The position numbers and the translations under genes were made by a program. This document shows, piece after piece, positions 17,536 to 30,811 of a stretch of DNA of 64,000 bases. The notes beneath the pieces are model-generated. The model worked only from the letters and a program-made list of their open reading frames with translations, ran no database searches and was not told where the DNA came from. Numbering within the stretch: position 1 is the first letter of the stretch; every line of letters starts with the position of its first letter. This DNA comes from Escherichia coli (GTDB lineage: Bacteria; Pseudomonadota; Gammaproteobacteria; Enterobacterales; Enterobacteriaceae): the NCBI RefSeq assembly GCF_044324785.1, contig NZ_CP172127.1. One strand, 5' to 3'.

Positions 17536-18490
17536 ATCCTTTCCAGTCTAACGTGACAGGTTCGCCGTCACGAATAAAACAAAGCCCTTCGATATCGGCG
17601 GTCATTTGCCCGATACAGGTAAACGGTACGCCCAGGTGTCCGAGAGCCACATCCAGCGCGCCACGGTTCAGTTCCGGCACCGTGAAACACAACTCGTAAT
17701 CTTCACCGCCAGAGAGCGCCCAGCGCAGCGCCTGTTCCGGTTCAACATGGCGAGAAAGCGCATCAGAAAACGGCAGCAATGCCAGGTCAATACGTGCGCC
17801 GCAGTCGCTGGCTTTCACGATATGCCCGAGATCGGAAATCAGACCGTCAGAGAGATCGATAGCTGAATTTGCCAGATCGCGCAGTGCCTGTCCCTGTAAA
17901 ATACGCGGAGATGGACGGAGATGACGTTTGATCAAGTAGTCCGCATCTTTAATATCGGCAACCTGCAAACGGTTTTGCAAAATCGCCAGCCCGGCGGCGC
18001 TATCGCCCGGTGTACCGGTCACATAGATCCAGTCACCCGGTTTCGCCCCAGCGCGCGTTAAGGCTCGTCCCATCGGAACAAAGCCGTGGATACCCAGCGT
18101 CATTGATAATGGCCCACGCGTGGTATCGCCGCCAATGAGTTGCATATCGTAATAATTGAGAAGATCAAACAAACTGTCGCTGAATGACTCAAGCCACGCT
18201 TCGTCTACGTCCGGTAAGGTTAATGCCAGCGTCAGCCAGGCCGGATCGGCCCCCATCGCTGCCAGATCGCTTAGGTTCACCGCCAGTGCTTTATACGCCA
18301 GATCAGCAGGATCGATATCAGGGAGGAAGTGGTTGCCCGCCACCAGCGTATCAGTGCTGATCGCCAGGGTCTGTTTCTCGGGGATATTGAGAAGTGCGCA
18401 ATCGTCGCCGATGCCCAGTTCGACATCAAGACGAGAACTTCTTACACGGTCAAAATAACGGGCAATCAGGGAGAACTCGCCACATGCCAT
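17513..18490 (-). CDS. thiL: Thiamine-monophosphate kinase
   Basis: ORF track 325 aa; overlaps pgpA start; operon nusB-thiL-pgpA. Confidence 0.93.
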
Positions 18491-18567
18491 ACGTTATGCC
18501 TCAGCAGGTAAAAAAGAAAAGGCCGGCGATCGCGGAACGGTCTTCCGTGAATCTACCGGCCTGGATA

Positions 18568-18987
18568 TCACTTTTTGTTAGGGCGAATCACAGGTGCTGC
18601 TTTATCGAGTACGCCGTTGACGAACTTATGGCTGTCTTCTGCGCCGAACGATTTCGCCAGTTCGATCGCTTCGTTAATGGCCACTTTGTATGGCACATCG
18701 CTACGTTTAGACAGCTCGTACAGCGCAATGCGCAGTACTGCTTTTTCTACCTGGCCCAGTTCTTCCAGCAGACGGGACAGGTACGGCTTCATCAGTCCGT
18801 CGAGGTATGCGGTGTTAGTCGCCACCCCGGCCAGCAGCTCACGGAAGTACAGGACGTCAACGTCTTTTACATCCTGTTCAGCCAGGAACTGGTATTCAAC
18901 ATCAGCGATGTCGTTCTGGGACAACTGCCAGGAGTAGAGCGCCTGGACGGCACACTCACGAGCGCGGCGACGAGCAGCAGGTTTCAC
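18568..18987 (-). CDS. nusB: Transcription antitermination factor NusB
   Basis: ORF track 139 aa. Confidence 0.95.
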
Positions 18988-19006
18988 GGATTTCCCCTTA
19001 CTAATT

Positions 19007-19477
19007 TCAGGCCTTGATGGCTTTCAATACATTAATCATTTCAAGCGCGGTCAGTGCAGCTTCTGCACCTTTGTTGCCAGCTTTGGTGCCAGCACGTTCG
19101 ATCGCTTGTTCAATGCTTTCAGTGGTCAGAACACCAAAAGCAACCGGAATTTCGCTGTCCTGGGCAACATGCGCCAGGCCGTTGCTTGCACCACCAGCGA
19201 CATATTCAAAGTGGGCAGTGCCACCACGAATAACCGTACCCAGTGCAATCACCGCGTCGTATTTACCGGTTTTAGCCAGTGCACCCGCCGCCAGCGGCAG
19301 CTCATAGGCACCAGGCACCCAAACAACGGTAATGTTTTCATCTTTTACCTGACCGATACGTTTCAGTGCGTCAATTGCACCTTCCAGCAGGCTGTCATTG
19401 ATAAAGTTGTTGAAACGCGCGATGGTGATGGCGACGCGAGCGTCCGGGGTAGCAACGTTAGCTTCAATAATGTTCAT
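19007..19477 (-). CDS. ribE: 6,7-dimethyl-8-ribityllumazine synthase
   Basis: ORF track frame trimmed to [23 protein letters not shown]...; 156 aa (also called ribH). Confidence 0.92.
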
Positions 19478-19565
19478 TTTCTTCCTTCGGGTTCGAGTAT
19501 GGCCCCGCAGGGGGGCGGATTTTAGCATAATATTTCGTGCGCTGCTTCCCTTTCGAGCCGGGAGA

Positions 19566-20669
19566 TCATGCACCCACTAAATGCAGGCAAACATCCGGGC
19601 CTACATGACGTATCTCTTTGAATTTAAATTGGGGGGCGTCGGCTAATTTCTCAAGTCCTGGCAGCGTGCATAATCCACGGGCGTCGTTGCCTAATAGTTT
19701 AGGTGCGATATAGACAATCAGCTCATCAACTAAACCAGCCTGTAGCAATGCGCCAGCGAGCGTTGGCCCCGCTTCCACCCAGATGCTGTTAATTTGCTGT
19801 TTACCCAATTGCATCATCAGTACAACCAGATCCAGATGACCTTTATGCTCTGGAATCAGCAAGGTACGCACCGTTTCCGGCCACTCACGAGAATCTTCCT
19901 GCGTACGCGCGAACCAGGTTTCGCCGGGCTGCTGCACAATGCGATGTTCCGGCGTCACGCGATTTTGGCTATCAATCACAATACGTACCGGCTGGCGGAG
20001 ATTGTGTTGCGGGTAGAGCCCCTGAGTTTGTTCATCCAGTTCAGACCAACGCACCGTTAAGGCTGGATCATCCGCCAGCACCGTGGCGCTGCTGGTTAAA
20101 ATGGCATGACTTTGCGCGCGCAGTCGTTGTACATCACGCCGCGCCTGGGGCGAAGTGATCCACTGGCTTTCGCCGCTCGCCATCGCCGTGCGACCATCAA
20201 GCGATGCGCCAAGTTTTAACTGAATATAAGGAAAGCCGGTGCGCATCCGCTTGAGAAAGCCTTTATTCAATTGCTCGGCTTCACTCATCATCAGGCCGTG
20301 GCTGACGTCAATGCCAGCCTGTTGCAGACGGTAAAGTCCACGCCCAGCGACCTGCGGGTTAGGATCTTGCATTGCGGCAACCACGCGCGCTACGCCAGCG
20401 GCGATGAGTGCGTCACAGCACGGTGGCGTACGACCATGATGGCTACAGGGTTCGAGTGTGACATAGGCGGTCGCACCTTTGGCTTTTTCACCCGCCATAC
20501 GCAACGCGTGTACTTCGGCATGTGGTTCACCCGCTCGTTGGTGGTAACCTTCACCGACAATTTCGCCATCTTTGACAATGACGCACCCGACATTCGGGTT
20601 AGGATGCGTGGTAAAACGCCCCCGCTGCGCCAGCTTAAGCGCCCGCGCCATGTAATACTCGTCCTGCAC
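19566..20669 (-). CDS. ribD: Bifunctional riboflavin biosynthesis deaminase/reductase
   Basis: ORF track 367 aa; zinc deaminase motif HAEV...[11 protein letters not shown]. Confidence 0.95.
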
Positions 20670-20672
20670 GGC

Positions 20673-21158
<486 letters not shown>

Positions 21159-21409
21159 TTACCCTGAACTGACGATACAACAAAGGCGCAACGCTTTTGA
21201 GATAAAGGATCGATGCTTTCACTGCTTTTACCCTCTACCATTAGGCTAATTGCGACGAGAAAGGGACGACCTATGAATACTAACGTTTTTCGACTGCTCC
21301 TGCTGGGAAGCCTGTTCAGCCTTAGCGCCTGTGTGCAGCAAAGCGAAGTGCGACAGATGAAACACAGCGTCAGCACGCTGAACCAGGAGATGACGCAACT
21401 CATTGACAT

Positions 21410-21434
21410 CCTCCACGCCCTGAAGGACGTGGAT
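21410..21434 (+). repeat. Subterminal hairpin of the IS (left copy of 14-nt direct repeat cgccctgaaggacg)
   Basis: Read directly; forms ccacgccc-tgaa-ggacgtgg stem-loop with one mismatch. Confidence 0.6.
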
Positions 21435-21445
21435 CCCTGCTACGT

Positions 21446-22653
21446 TCAGGCTGTCGCCTGAATCATTTCGGTGGGTTCCTGCTTCAACGGGCGGCCTGAC
21501 TGCACCATCCCTCCACAGGCAAGAACGGCGTGCCCCGCCGCTAAAATGTTACGAGCGCCATTTACATCGGCGTTCGCTGTATATCCACATACCTGGCATC
21601 TGAATTTACTTTGTGACAGGCGATTTTCTTTCGCTGTATGACCACAGCACGTGCAACGCTGGCTTGTGTACGCTGGCGAAACAGCAAGCACCTGACCGCC
21701 ACGCCAGAGCTGCTTGTACTCAAGCTGGCGGCGCATTTCATACCAGCCCTGATCCAGTATCGAACGGTTTAAACCTGATTTGCCCGGACATTGCGCCCCG
21801 GCTGGCTGACCGTACCCGCTGCTGACTTTGACATGTTGCTGACCTTCAAATCCTCAATGACTATCATTGCGTGGTTTTTGCTGACGGTCGTTGTGACTTT
21901 GTGAAGGTAGTCCCTGCGGATATTTGCGATACGGGAATGCAGTCGCTGTATTTTGCGTTTCTGCTTCTGCCAGTTGTTGCTGAATTTGACCTTGCGGCTT
22001 AACTGTCGCTGAAGTCTCGCCAGCGTCTTCTGGTTTTTCTGAAAACTGTTTACAGGCTCAAAGACTGTGCCATCTGACAGCGTGGCGAGTTTAGCCACGC
22101 CAGCATCCAGCCCGACCATTGATGCTGAAGGGTGAACCGGAGTTGATACTTCACTTTCTGTCTGAATACTGATGTACCACTTACCGCTGGACTGGCTGAC
22201 CGTGACATTTTTCACAACTCCCGTGACCTGACGGCTGTTCCGGTAGCGCATCCAGCCAAGTTTCGGCAGAAAAATACGGCTGTTTTCCTGATCGAGCTTA
22301 ACGCCCTGCGGGTAGCGGAATGCATCATTCTGTCCCCGCTTTTTGAATCGGGGAAAAGCAGCCCGCTTCCGGAAGAAGTTTTTGTAAGCCCGCTCAAGGT
22401 CTTTCAGTGACTGTTGCAATGGCTGTGAGGGCGAATCTTTAAGCCATTGCGTTTCAGTGGCGTTTTTCCACTCAACCAGCCAGGAAGCCATTTTCCCGTA
22501 AGGGATGTATTTATTACCGGCCTCATGATTCTCATTCTGAAGCGCCAGAGCACGATTGAAAACGAAACGACATGCGCCTGCGAAGCGCCTCATTTCACGC
22601 TCCTGTTGACCACCGGGTCTTAACTGGAATTTAAATGCCTGTAGTCGTTTCAC
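21446..22653 (-). pseudogene. tnpB: tnpB (OrfB, RNA-guided nuclease family) with -1 frameshift near 21780
   Basis: ORF track 21769..22653 (294 aa) and 21446..21736 (96 aa, zinc-finger CTCCGH...CQVCG) are contiguous TnpB sequence in different frames; plus-strand TTT run at 21779-21781 is one base short of the reading ...NVRAKSGLNRSILDQGW. Confidence 0.8.
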
Positions 22654-22675
22654 AGGTCAAATTATATTTTGGTCT

Positions 22676-23187
22676 GTGAAAAAAGAAACCGATATCCGGC
22701 GTGGAAGGCATTGTGTTTTCCTGATGCATGTTCACCTGGTCTTTGTCCCAAATACCGACGCCAGATTTTTGACCATGACGCGACAGAAAAACTACGCACT
22801 TACTTTTCAAATGTATGTGCTGATTTTGAAGCTGAACTGGTTGAAATGGATGGCGAACCAGATCACGTCCATTTGTTAATTAACTATCCTCCCAAACTGG
22901 CGATATCCAGTCTGGTAAACAGCCTCAAGGGCGTATCGAGTAGGTTACTGCGACGAGATCGACCAGATATTGCAGTCAGGTATTACGACAAAGGCGTTTT
23001 GTGGAGTCCTGGCTATTTTGTCAGTAGCTGCGGAGGTGCGCCAATATCCGTCATCCGCCAATACATTGAACAACAGCAAACACCTGGTCAGGTGAAAAAC
23101 CGCGCCTTATATCCCCGCCCTGAAGGACGGGGTTTTACGGCGCACCGGATAAAGAAACAGTCAAAATCACTCAGCAAAACAGGCTGA
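22676..23187 (+). pseudogene. tnpA: tnpA (IS200-type HUH/Y1 transposase) with frameshift near 22748-22752; 3' extent uncertain
   Basis: ORF track 22676..22879 carries ...HVHLVFVP, ORF track 22669..23187 carries KYRRQIF...DHVHLL...WSPGYFVSSCGG...YIEQQ; a single base is missing in the ccc/aaa homopolymer. Frame runs past the likely IS end. Confidence 0.7.
23112..23131 (+). repeat. Subterminal hairpin of the IS (right copy of the 14-nt direct repeat), followed by TTTT
   Basis: ccccgccc-tgaa-ggacgggg then tttt, read directly. Confidence 0.6.
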
Positions 23188-23856
23188 ATGCAAAATCCAG
23201 CAGTGGGGTTTACCTTCTGCCTGGAGCGAAAACACCGGCAAGACTGGAAAGCCAGATCGGTACTTTACGTATGTCGCTGGTGAATATTACGCCTGATACA
23301 GATGGCACCACCCTGACGCTACGTATTGAGGGCGAGTCGAATGATCCCTTGCCCGCATTCAGCGGAACTGTTGAATATGGGCAAATTCAGGGAACAATAG
23401 ACAACTTTCAGGAAATCAATGTGCAGAATCAATTGATTAACGCCCCTGCCAGCGTCCTCGCCCCCAGCGATGTTGATATTCCGTTACAGTTAAAGGGGAT
23501 TTCTGTGGATCAATTAGGCTTTGTACGTATCCACGACATTCAACCTGTTATGCATTAAACGTATTGCGGGGCAATTTTGTGCGTCCCGCAACATCTTTTC
23601 CCGTCATTTTGTTACTCCGCTTACATCACCTGGATTGATAGTAAAAGTTTGCAACAAGGGTGAAAGTCAGTACAATCCCCGCCCGAATGTGTGTAAACGT
23701 GAACGCAATCGATTACGTAAATGATAGAACTGTGAAACGAAACATATTTTTGTGAGCAATGATTTTTATAATAGGCTCCTCTGTATACGAAATATTTAGA
23801 AACGCAATTTGCGCCTTTTTCACTCCCGCAAGGGATTTTCAAACAGTGGCATACAT

Positions 23857-24741
23857 ATGAAAAAAACATTACTGGCAGCCGGTGCGGTACTGGCGCTCTC
23901 TTCGTCTTTTACTGTCAACGCAGCTGAAAACGACAAACCGCAGTATCTTTCCGACTGGTGGCACCAGAGCGTTAACGTTGTCGGAAGCTATCACACCCGT
24001 TTCGGACCGCAGATCCGCAACGATACCTACCTTGAGTACGAAGCATTCGCTAAAAAAGACTGGTTCGACTTCTATGGTTATGCGGATGCGCCGGTATTCT
24101 TCGGCGGTAACTCCGATGCAAAAGGTATCTGGAACCACGGTTCTCCGCTGTTTATGGAAATCGAACCACGTTTCTCCATCGACAAGCTGACCAATACTGA
24201 CCTTAGCTTTGGTCCGTTCAAAGAGTGGTACTTCGCGAACAACTACATTTACGACATGGGTCGTAATAAAGATGGTCGCCAGAGCACCTGGTACATGGGT
24301 CTGGGTACCGATATCGATACTGGCCTGCCGATGAGCCTGTCCATGAACGTCTATGCGAAATACCAGTGGCAGAACTATGGCGCAGCGAATGAAAACGAGT
24401 GGGACGGTTACCGTTTCAAAATTAAATACTTTGTGCCGATTACCGATCTGTGGGGCGGTCAGCTGAGCTACATCGGCTTCACCAACTTCGACTGGGGTTC
24501 CGATTTAGGGGATGACAGCGGTAATGCAATCAACGGTATTAAGACCCGTACCAATAACTCTATCGCTTCCAGCCATATTCTGGCTCTGAACTACGATCAC
24601 TGGCACTACTCTGTCGTAGCTCGTTACTGGCACGACGGTGGTCAGTGGAACGACGATGCAGAACTGAACTTCGGCAACGGCAACTTCAACGTTCGCTCTA
24701 CCGGCTGGGGTGGTTACCTGGTAGTAGGTTACAACTTCTAA
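23857..24741 (+). CDS. tsx: Nucleoside-specific outer-membrane channel Tsx
   Basis: ORF track frame trimmed to [22 protein letters not shown] (signal peptide); 294 aa; C-terminal ...VVGYNF. Confidence 0.93.
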
Positions 24742-24751
24742 TTGTGAGAAT

Positions 24752-24777
24752 GCCGGATTTCATATCCGGCATTTTTT
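24752..24777 (+). terminator. Rho-independent terminator after tsx
   Basis: GCCGGAT-ttcat-ATCCGGC then attttttat, read at 24752-24777. Confidence 0.8.
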
Positions 24778-24778
24778 A

Positions 24779-25126
24779 TCACTTCTTCTTATTCATCATC
24801 GCTTTTAAATCAGCGAATGGGTTGTACTTCGCTTCACCGACATCTTTCTGCGCATCTTCCCCTGCGATAACGGTCGTACCATACTGATCTGCTTCGGTAT
24901 ATTTCGAATGCTCATGATCGTGGCAATAGAGACAAAGCAATTCCCAGTTACTGCCATCTTCCGGGTTATTGGTATGGTCGTGATCAATGTGGTGAACGGT
25001 AAGTTCACGCAGGTTGGAATAAACAAACTCGCGGGAACAGCGACCGCAGACCCACGGATAGATTTTTAATGCTTTTTCGCGATAACCGCTTTCTAACCGC
25101 GCATAGTTTTTTGGGATTATAGCCAT
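24779..25126 (-). CDS. yajD: HNH nuclease family protein YajD
   Basis: ORF track 115 aa; HNH motif (HHIDHDHTNN...CLYCHDHEH). Confidence 0.92.
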   Translation of the reverse strand: MAIIPKNYARLESGYREKALKIYPWVCGRCSREFVYSNLRELTVHHIDHDHTNNPEDGSNWELLCLYCHDHEHSKYTEADQYGTTVIAGEDAQKDVGEAKYNPFADLKAMMNKKK

Positions 25127-25254
25127 GAAAAGTTACCTGGATGAAATGTAGGGTTACGCGCAGTTTCCCAAGATGCGGGGATTTTCGCAATCTCCATACA
25201 TCAAAAAAAATCCCGATCTTCTGACCGGGATTTTCAACATCAACGGGAACTTGA

Positions 25255-26226
25255 TTACGGCAGAATTGACGGCTGATCCGCCCCTTCTTTCTCCACTTTC
25301 TGTTGCAGCATATGCTCACGCTTCATACCCAATTTCAGGGCCAGCGCCGATGCCACATAGATGGAAGATGCAGTACCGATGGAAACACCGATAAGCATGG
25401 TCAGCGAGAAGCCTTCCAGTACCGGACCACCGAAGAGGTACAGCATCAGGATAACCATCAAGGTAGTACCGGATGTGATCAAGGTACGGTGCAGCGTCTG
25501 GGTCAAGGACACGTTAAAGATTTCGTAAGGCGTACCGCGACGGATCTTGCGGAAGTTTTCACGAATTCGGTCCGATACCACGATACTGTCGTTAAGCGAG
25601 TAACCGATAACCGACATCAACGATGCCACAATGGTCAGGTCAATCTCGATATGGAATAACGACAAAATACCCAGCGTAATGATAACGTCGTGCGCCAGCG
25701 CAATAACCACCCCTGCCGCCAGTCGCCACTCAAAGCGGAAACCTACGTACACGAGGATAGACAGCAGCGCTGCCATCAACGCCATCGCACCGGTTTGCGC
25801 AAGGTCTGCCCCCACGCTCGGACCGACGAACTCAATACGCTTCACTGCTGCATTCTGATTGGTGGATTCGTTAATCACCTTCAGAACCTGGCTGCCCAGC
25901 ACCTGACCGCCGGTTTCGCCTTCAGCAGGCGGCATACGGACCATGATGTCGTGGCTGCTACCAAAGTTTTGCAGCATCGGCTCTTCAAAACCGGCTTTTT
26001 GCAATGCATCACGCATTACGTCAATTTCAGCCGGTTTTTCGAGCGTAATTTCGATAACCGTACCACCGGTGAAATCCAGCCCCCAGTTAAAGCCGCGCAC
26101 GCCCATAATAACGATAGCGGCGATTAACAGCAGACCAGAGATGCCGAAAGCCCAGTAGTCCCAGCGCATAAAGTCATAGACTTTACGGCCGTGGTTTAGT
26201 TGTTCAACAGTATATTCCTGTGCCAC
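25255..26226 (-). CDS. secF: Protein translocase subunit SecF
   Basis: ORF track frame trimmed to GTG start ([16 protein letters not shown]...); 323 aa. Confidence 0.9.
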
Positions 26227-26236
26227 ATCGCACTCC

Positions 26237-28084
26237 TCAGATTGACAGCTTCTTGACGCGCTTGCCGCCATATAGCAGGTTTACGATGGCACGCGTACCG
26301 ACAATCGCGGTAAACATCGACGTCGCCACACCGATACCGGTAGTAATCGCGAACCCTTTAATTGCCCCGGTACCCACTGCGTACAGGATGATGACTTTAA
26401 TCAGCGTGGTGATGTTCGCATCGAAGATAGAACTGAATGCGCCACGATAACCTTCATCAATTGCCTGTTGAACAGTACGTCCGTTGCTCAACTCTTCTTT
26501 AATACGTTCGTTGATCAGTACGTTCGCATCGACCGCTACCGCAAGGGTTAAGACGATACCCGCGATACCTGGCATACTCAGCGTTGCGCCTGGCAACAGC
26601 GACATAATACCGACGATCAAGATCAAGTTGGCAATCAGAGCACTGGTCGCAATCAGACCAAACTTCTTATAGAAGATGATCATAAACAGAATAGAAACCA
26701 GCAGACCGGCAAGGCAAGCCTCCAGCCCCTGTTCAATGTTCTGCATACCCAGAGTCGGGCCAATGGTACGTTCTTCAACAATCTGAATTGGCGCGATCAA
26801 CGCACCGGCACGCAGCAAAAGTGAAAGCTGACGGGCTTCGTTCGGGTTGTTAATACCGGTGATACGGAAGCTGTTACCCAGACGAGACTGGATGTTAGCG
26901 ATGTTAATCACCTCTTCCTGTTTCACCAGAACCGCACGACCGTTTGCATCTTTCTTACCGCTGTCTTTGTACTCCACAAACAGGGTCGCCATCGGTTTGC
27001 CGATGTTGTCCTTGGTGAAGTTAGACATAATGTTGCCACCTGCGCTGTCGAGCGAGATGTTAACCTGCGGCTGGTTGTATTCGTCCTGGCTGGAAGTGGA
27101 GTCGGTGATATGGTCACCGGTCAGAATTACGCGTTTGTACAGCACAACTGGCTGACCTTCGCGGGTCTGTTTCACTTCAGAGTCGCCAGGTACGCGACCG
27201 GATGCCGCTGCGGCCTGATCAACGTTAGTGTTTACCAGACGGAATTCCAGCGTTGCCGTCGCACCCAGAATCTCTTTCGCACGCGCGGTGTCCTGAATAC
27301 CTGGCAGTTCAACAACGATACGGTCAGCACCCTGACGCTGAACCACCGGCTCCGCCACACCAAGTTGGTTTACACGGTTACGCAGGATATTAATGTTCTG
27401 CTGCACCGCATATTCACGCGCTTCACTCAGGCGAGCATCGCTCATTACCGCACGCAGCTGGTTGCTGCCCTGGCTACTAATCACCAGGTCCGGATGACGC
27501 TTGCTCAGATACGCAATGGCTTCATCACGAGCTTTAGCATCGCGGAAAGTGATGCTCAGGCCGTAGTTGTTTTCTTTACGAACGGTGGTATACGGGATGC
27601 CCTTTTCGCGCAGGTCGCTGCGCAGGCTATCGATATTTTGTTCCTGGAGTTTGCCAAGCGCGGTGTCCATATCCACTTCCATCAGGAAGTGAACGCCGCC
27701 ACGCAGGTCAAGGCCGAGCTTCATCGGCTCAGCGTGAATAGCTGCCAGCCAGCGCGGCGTTGCCGGGGCAAGGTTAAGCGCCACGACGTATTTGTCACCC
27801 ATAACGCCCATTAATGCTTCACGAGCGCGCAGTTGGGTGTCAGTGGAGTCGAAGCGCGCAAGAATAGCGCCCTCTTCCAGTGCCACAGACTTAGCAGTTA
27901 TTTTTTCTTCTTGTAACGTTTTCTGGACCTGGATCAGCGTTTGCTCACTGGCGGCGACTCCGCGCGCACCAGTGATCTGAACAGCCGGATCCTCACCAAA
28001 CAGGTTGGGAAGCGCATACAGCAGACCGATGACAATCACCACGATCAGCATGACGTACTTCCACAAAGGATAACGGTTTAACAC
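26237..28084 (-). CDS. secD: Protein translocase subunit SecD
   Basis: ORF track 615 aa; GTG start. Confidence 0.95.
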   Translation of the reverse strand: MLNRYPLWKYVMLIVVIVIGLLYALPNLFGEDPAVQITGARGVAASEQTLIQVQKTLQEEKITAKSVALEEGAILARFDSTDTQLRAREALMGVMGDKYVVALNLAPATPRWLAAIHAEPMKLGLDLRGGVHFLMEVDMDTALGKLQEQNIDSLRSDLREKGIPYTTVRKENNYGLSITFRDAKARDEAIAYLSKRHPDLVISSQGSNQLRAVMSDARLSEAREYAVQQNINILRNRVNQLGVAEPVVQRQGADRIVVELPGIQDTARAKEILGATATLEFRLVNTNVDQAAAASGRVPGDSEVKQTREGQPVVLYKRVILTGDHITDSTSSQDEYNQPQVNISLDSAGGNIMSNFTKDNIGKPMATLFVEYKDSGKKDANGRAVLVKQEEVINIANIQSRLGNSFRITGINNPNEARQLSLLLRAGALIAPIQIVEERTIGPTLGMQNIEQGLEACLAGLLVSILFMIIFYKKFGLIATSALIANLILIVGIMSLLPGATLSMPGIAGIVLTLAVAVDANVLINERIKEELSNGRTVQQAIDEGYRGAFSSIFDANITTLIKVIILYAVGTGAIKGFAITTGIGVATSMFTAIVGTRAIVNLLYGGKRVKKLSI

Positions 28085-28111
28085 GGCAATTCCCTTAGGG
28101 AAAAATTTTAA

Positions 28112-28444
28112 TTACAGCGCCTTCATGGTGCCTTTCGGCAGGACGGCAGCTACGAAGTCACGTTTAATAACTACTTCAGTGGTGTCATTCAGCGCGATAG
28201 CAATGTAGCCGTTTTCCGCTACTTTGGTTACGCGACCGACCAGGCCACCGTTCGTCAGAACTTCATCACCTTTGGCAATGGAGTCCATCAGCTTTTTGTG
28301 TTCTTTGGTGCGCTTCTGCTGTGGACGCAGGATCATGAAATAGAAAATCAGACCGAATACCACCAGCATCAAAATCAAAGACATCGGGCTACCTTGCGCC
28401 GGTGCACCCGTTGCCGCTACCGCATCAGAAATAAAAAAGCTCAT
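28112..28444 (-). CDS. yajC: Sec translocon accessory subunit YajC
   Basis: ORF track frame trimmed to MSFFISDAVAATGAPAQG...; 110 aa. Confidence 0.92.
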   Translation of the reverse strand: MSFFISDAVAATGAPAQGSPMSLILMLVVFGLIFYFMILRPQQKRTKEHKKLMDSIAKGDEVLTNGGLVGRVTKVAENGYIAIALNDTTEVVIKRDFVAAVLPKGTMKAL

Positions 28445-28466
28445 TAAATTTCCCTCATTATTAATA

Positions 28467-29609
<1,143 letters not shown>

Positions 29610-29648
29610 TCAGAAAAACAGTCCAACGTTTAAACCAGCGCCGCGGAA

Positions 29649-30719
29649 TTACTCCCCGACGCGCTCATTAATTGCCTGCGGATTGTACGTGATAAACATC
29701 GCATCACCGTAACTAAAAAAGCGATATTTCTCTTCTACCGCCGCTTTATAGGCATTCATGGTGTGTTGATAACCGGCAAAGGCCGAAACCAGCATAATCA
29801 GCGTCGACTCTGGCAAGTGGAAGTTCGTCACCAGCGCATCGACCACTTTGTACTGAAAGCCCGGATAGATAAAGATTTGGGTGTCGTCAAAGAACGGTTC
29901 GATGAGATCGTTTTTCGCCGCCTGAGCCGCGCTTTCCAGTGAACGTACCGAGGTGGTGCCAACCGCAATCACCCGGTTACCGCGCGCTTTCGCCGCCAGT
30001 ACCGCGTCTACCACATCCTGCGGCACTTCAGCGTATTCCGAGTGCATGATGTGATCTTCAATGGTGTCGACGCGCACCGGCTGGAAAGTACCCGCACCAA
30101 CGTGCAACGTCACAAACGCCATCTCCACGCCTTTGGCGCGCAATTTTTCCAGCAAAGGCTCGTCAAAATGCAGACCAGCGGTCGGGGCTGCAACCGCGCC
30201 CGGTTTTTCGCTATAAACTGTTTGATAAAGTTCGCGGTCAGCGTCTTCGTCCGGACGGTCGATATACGGCGGCAGTGGCATATGGCCGATGCTGTTGAGG
30301 ATATCCAGTACCGAACGATCATCATTAAATTCGACTTCAAACAGTGCGCCGTGGCGCGCAGTCATCGTTGCGTTGATACTTTCGTCATCGCCCAGCAGCA
30401 GTTCTGCGCCAGGTTTTGGCGCTTTCGAGGCGCGAATATGCGCAAGAATGCGTTTGTCGTCGAGCATCCGTTCAACCAGCACTTCAATCTTGCCGCCGCT
30501 GGCTTTACGCCCAAACAGGCGCGCCGGGATCACGCGGGTATTATTAAAAACCAGAAGATCGCCGGGGTTGAGCTTATCGAGTAAATCGGTGAAAGTACCG
30601 TGCGTCAGCGCGCCCGTCGGCCCGTCCAGCGACAGTAAACGACAGCTACTGCGTTCAGGCATCGGATAGTGGGCAATCAGGGATTCGGGCAATTCAAAGG
30701 AGAAATCGGTAACGCGCAT
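29649..30719 (-). CDS. queA: S-adenosylmethionine:tRNA ribosyltransferase-isomerase
   Basis: ORF track 356 aa. Confidence 0.95.
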   Translation of the reverse strand: MRVTDFSFELPESLIAHYPMPERSSCRLLSLDGPTGALTHGTFTDLLDKLNPGDLLVFNNTRVIPARLFGRKASGGKIEVLVERMLDDKRILAHIRASKAPKPGAELLLGDDESINATMTARHGALFEVEFNDDRSVLDILNSIGHMPLPPYIDRPDEDADRELYQTVYSEKPGAVAAPTAGLHFDEPLLEKLRAKGVEMAFVTLHVGAGTFQPVRVDTIEDHIMHSEYAEVPQDVVDAVLAAKARGNRVIAVGTTSVRSLESAAQAAKNDLIEPFFDDTQIFIYPGFQYKVVDALVTNFHLPESTLIMLVSAFAGYQHTMNAYKAAVEEKYRFFSYGDAMFITYNPQAINERVGE

Positions 30720-30811
30720 GACACTGACTCAGACTAAAATAAGAGGCGGGTAGTCTAGTGCCGGGGCGCTCTCCCTGCAACCTTTACCCCCCTTTGGATA
30801 GAATATAATCG

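Larger units (their letters stand above)
21400..23160. mobile_element. IS200/IS605-family insertion sequence (divergent tnpB and tnpA), about 1.7 kb; boundaries approximate
   Basis: TnpB-like and Y1-transposase-like ORFs; similar subterminal hairpins in the same orientation at 21410-21434 and 23112-23131; element length inferred as a multiple of 3 because yajI frame is preserved across it. Confidence 0.75.
21273..23558 (+). pseudogene. yajI: Lipoprotein gene yajI interrupted by an IS200/IS605-family insertion
   Basis: 5' part MNTNVFRLLLLGSLFSLSAC... (lipobox) from 21273; 3' part ...GTLRMSLVNITPD...IHDIQPVMH ends 23558 in the same frame; the two parts are separated by the IS (about 21400-23160). 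Confidence 0.75.

Noticed and set aside
22669-23187. ORFs 22676..22879 and 22669..23187 as two separate genes, or as a programmed frameshift
   Set aside because: Together they give one continuous IS200-type transposase sequence across a one-base homopolymer loss; no slippery heptamer or precedent for programmed frameshifting in this family.
23271-23558. 95-aa ORF as an independent small gene
   Set aside because: It is the 3' portion of yajI; the frame is open well upstream of this Met and continues the YajI sequence.
23729-23760. CRP/CytR sites in the tsx promoter (tgtgaaacgaaacata...)
   Set aside because: tsx is known to be CRP/CytR-regulated and a TGTGA half-site is present, but I could not align a convincing full 22-bp site by eye, so it is not listed as a feature.
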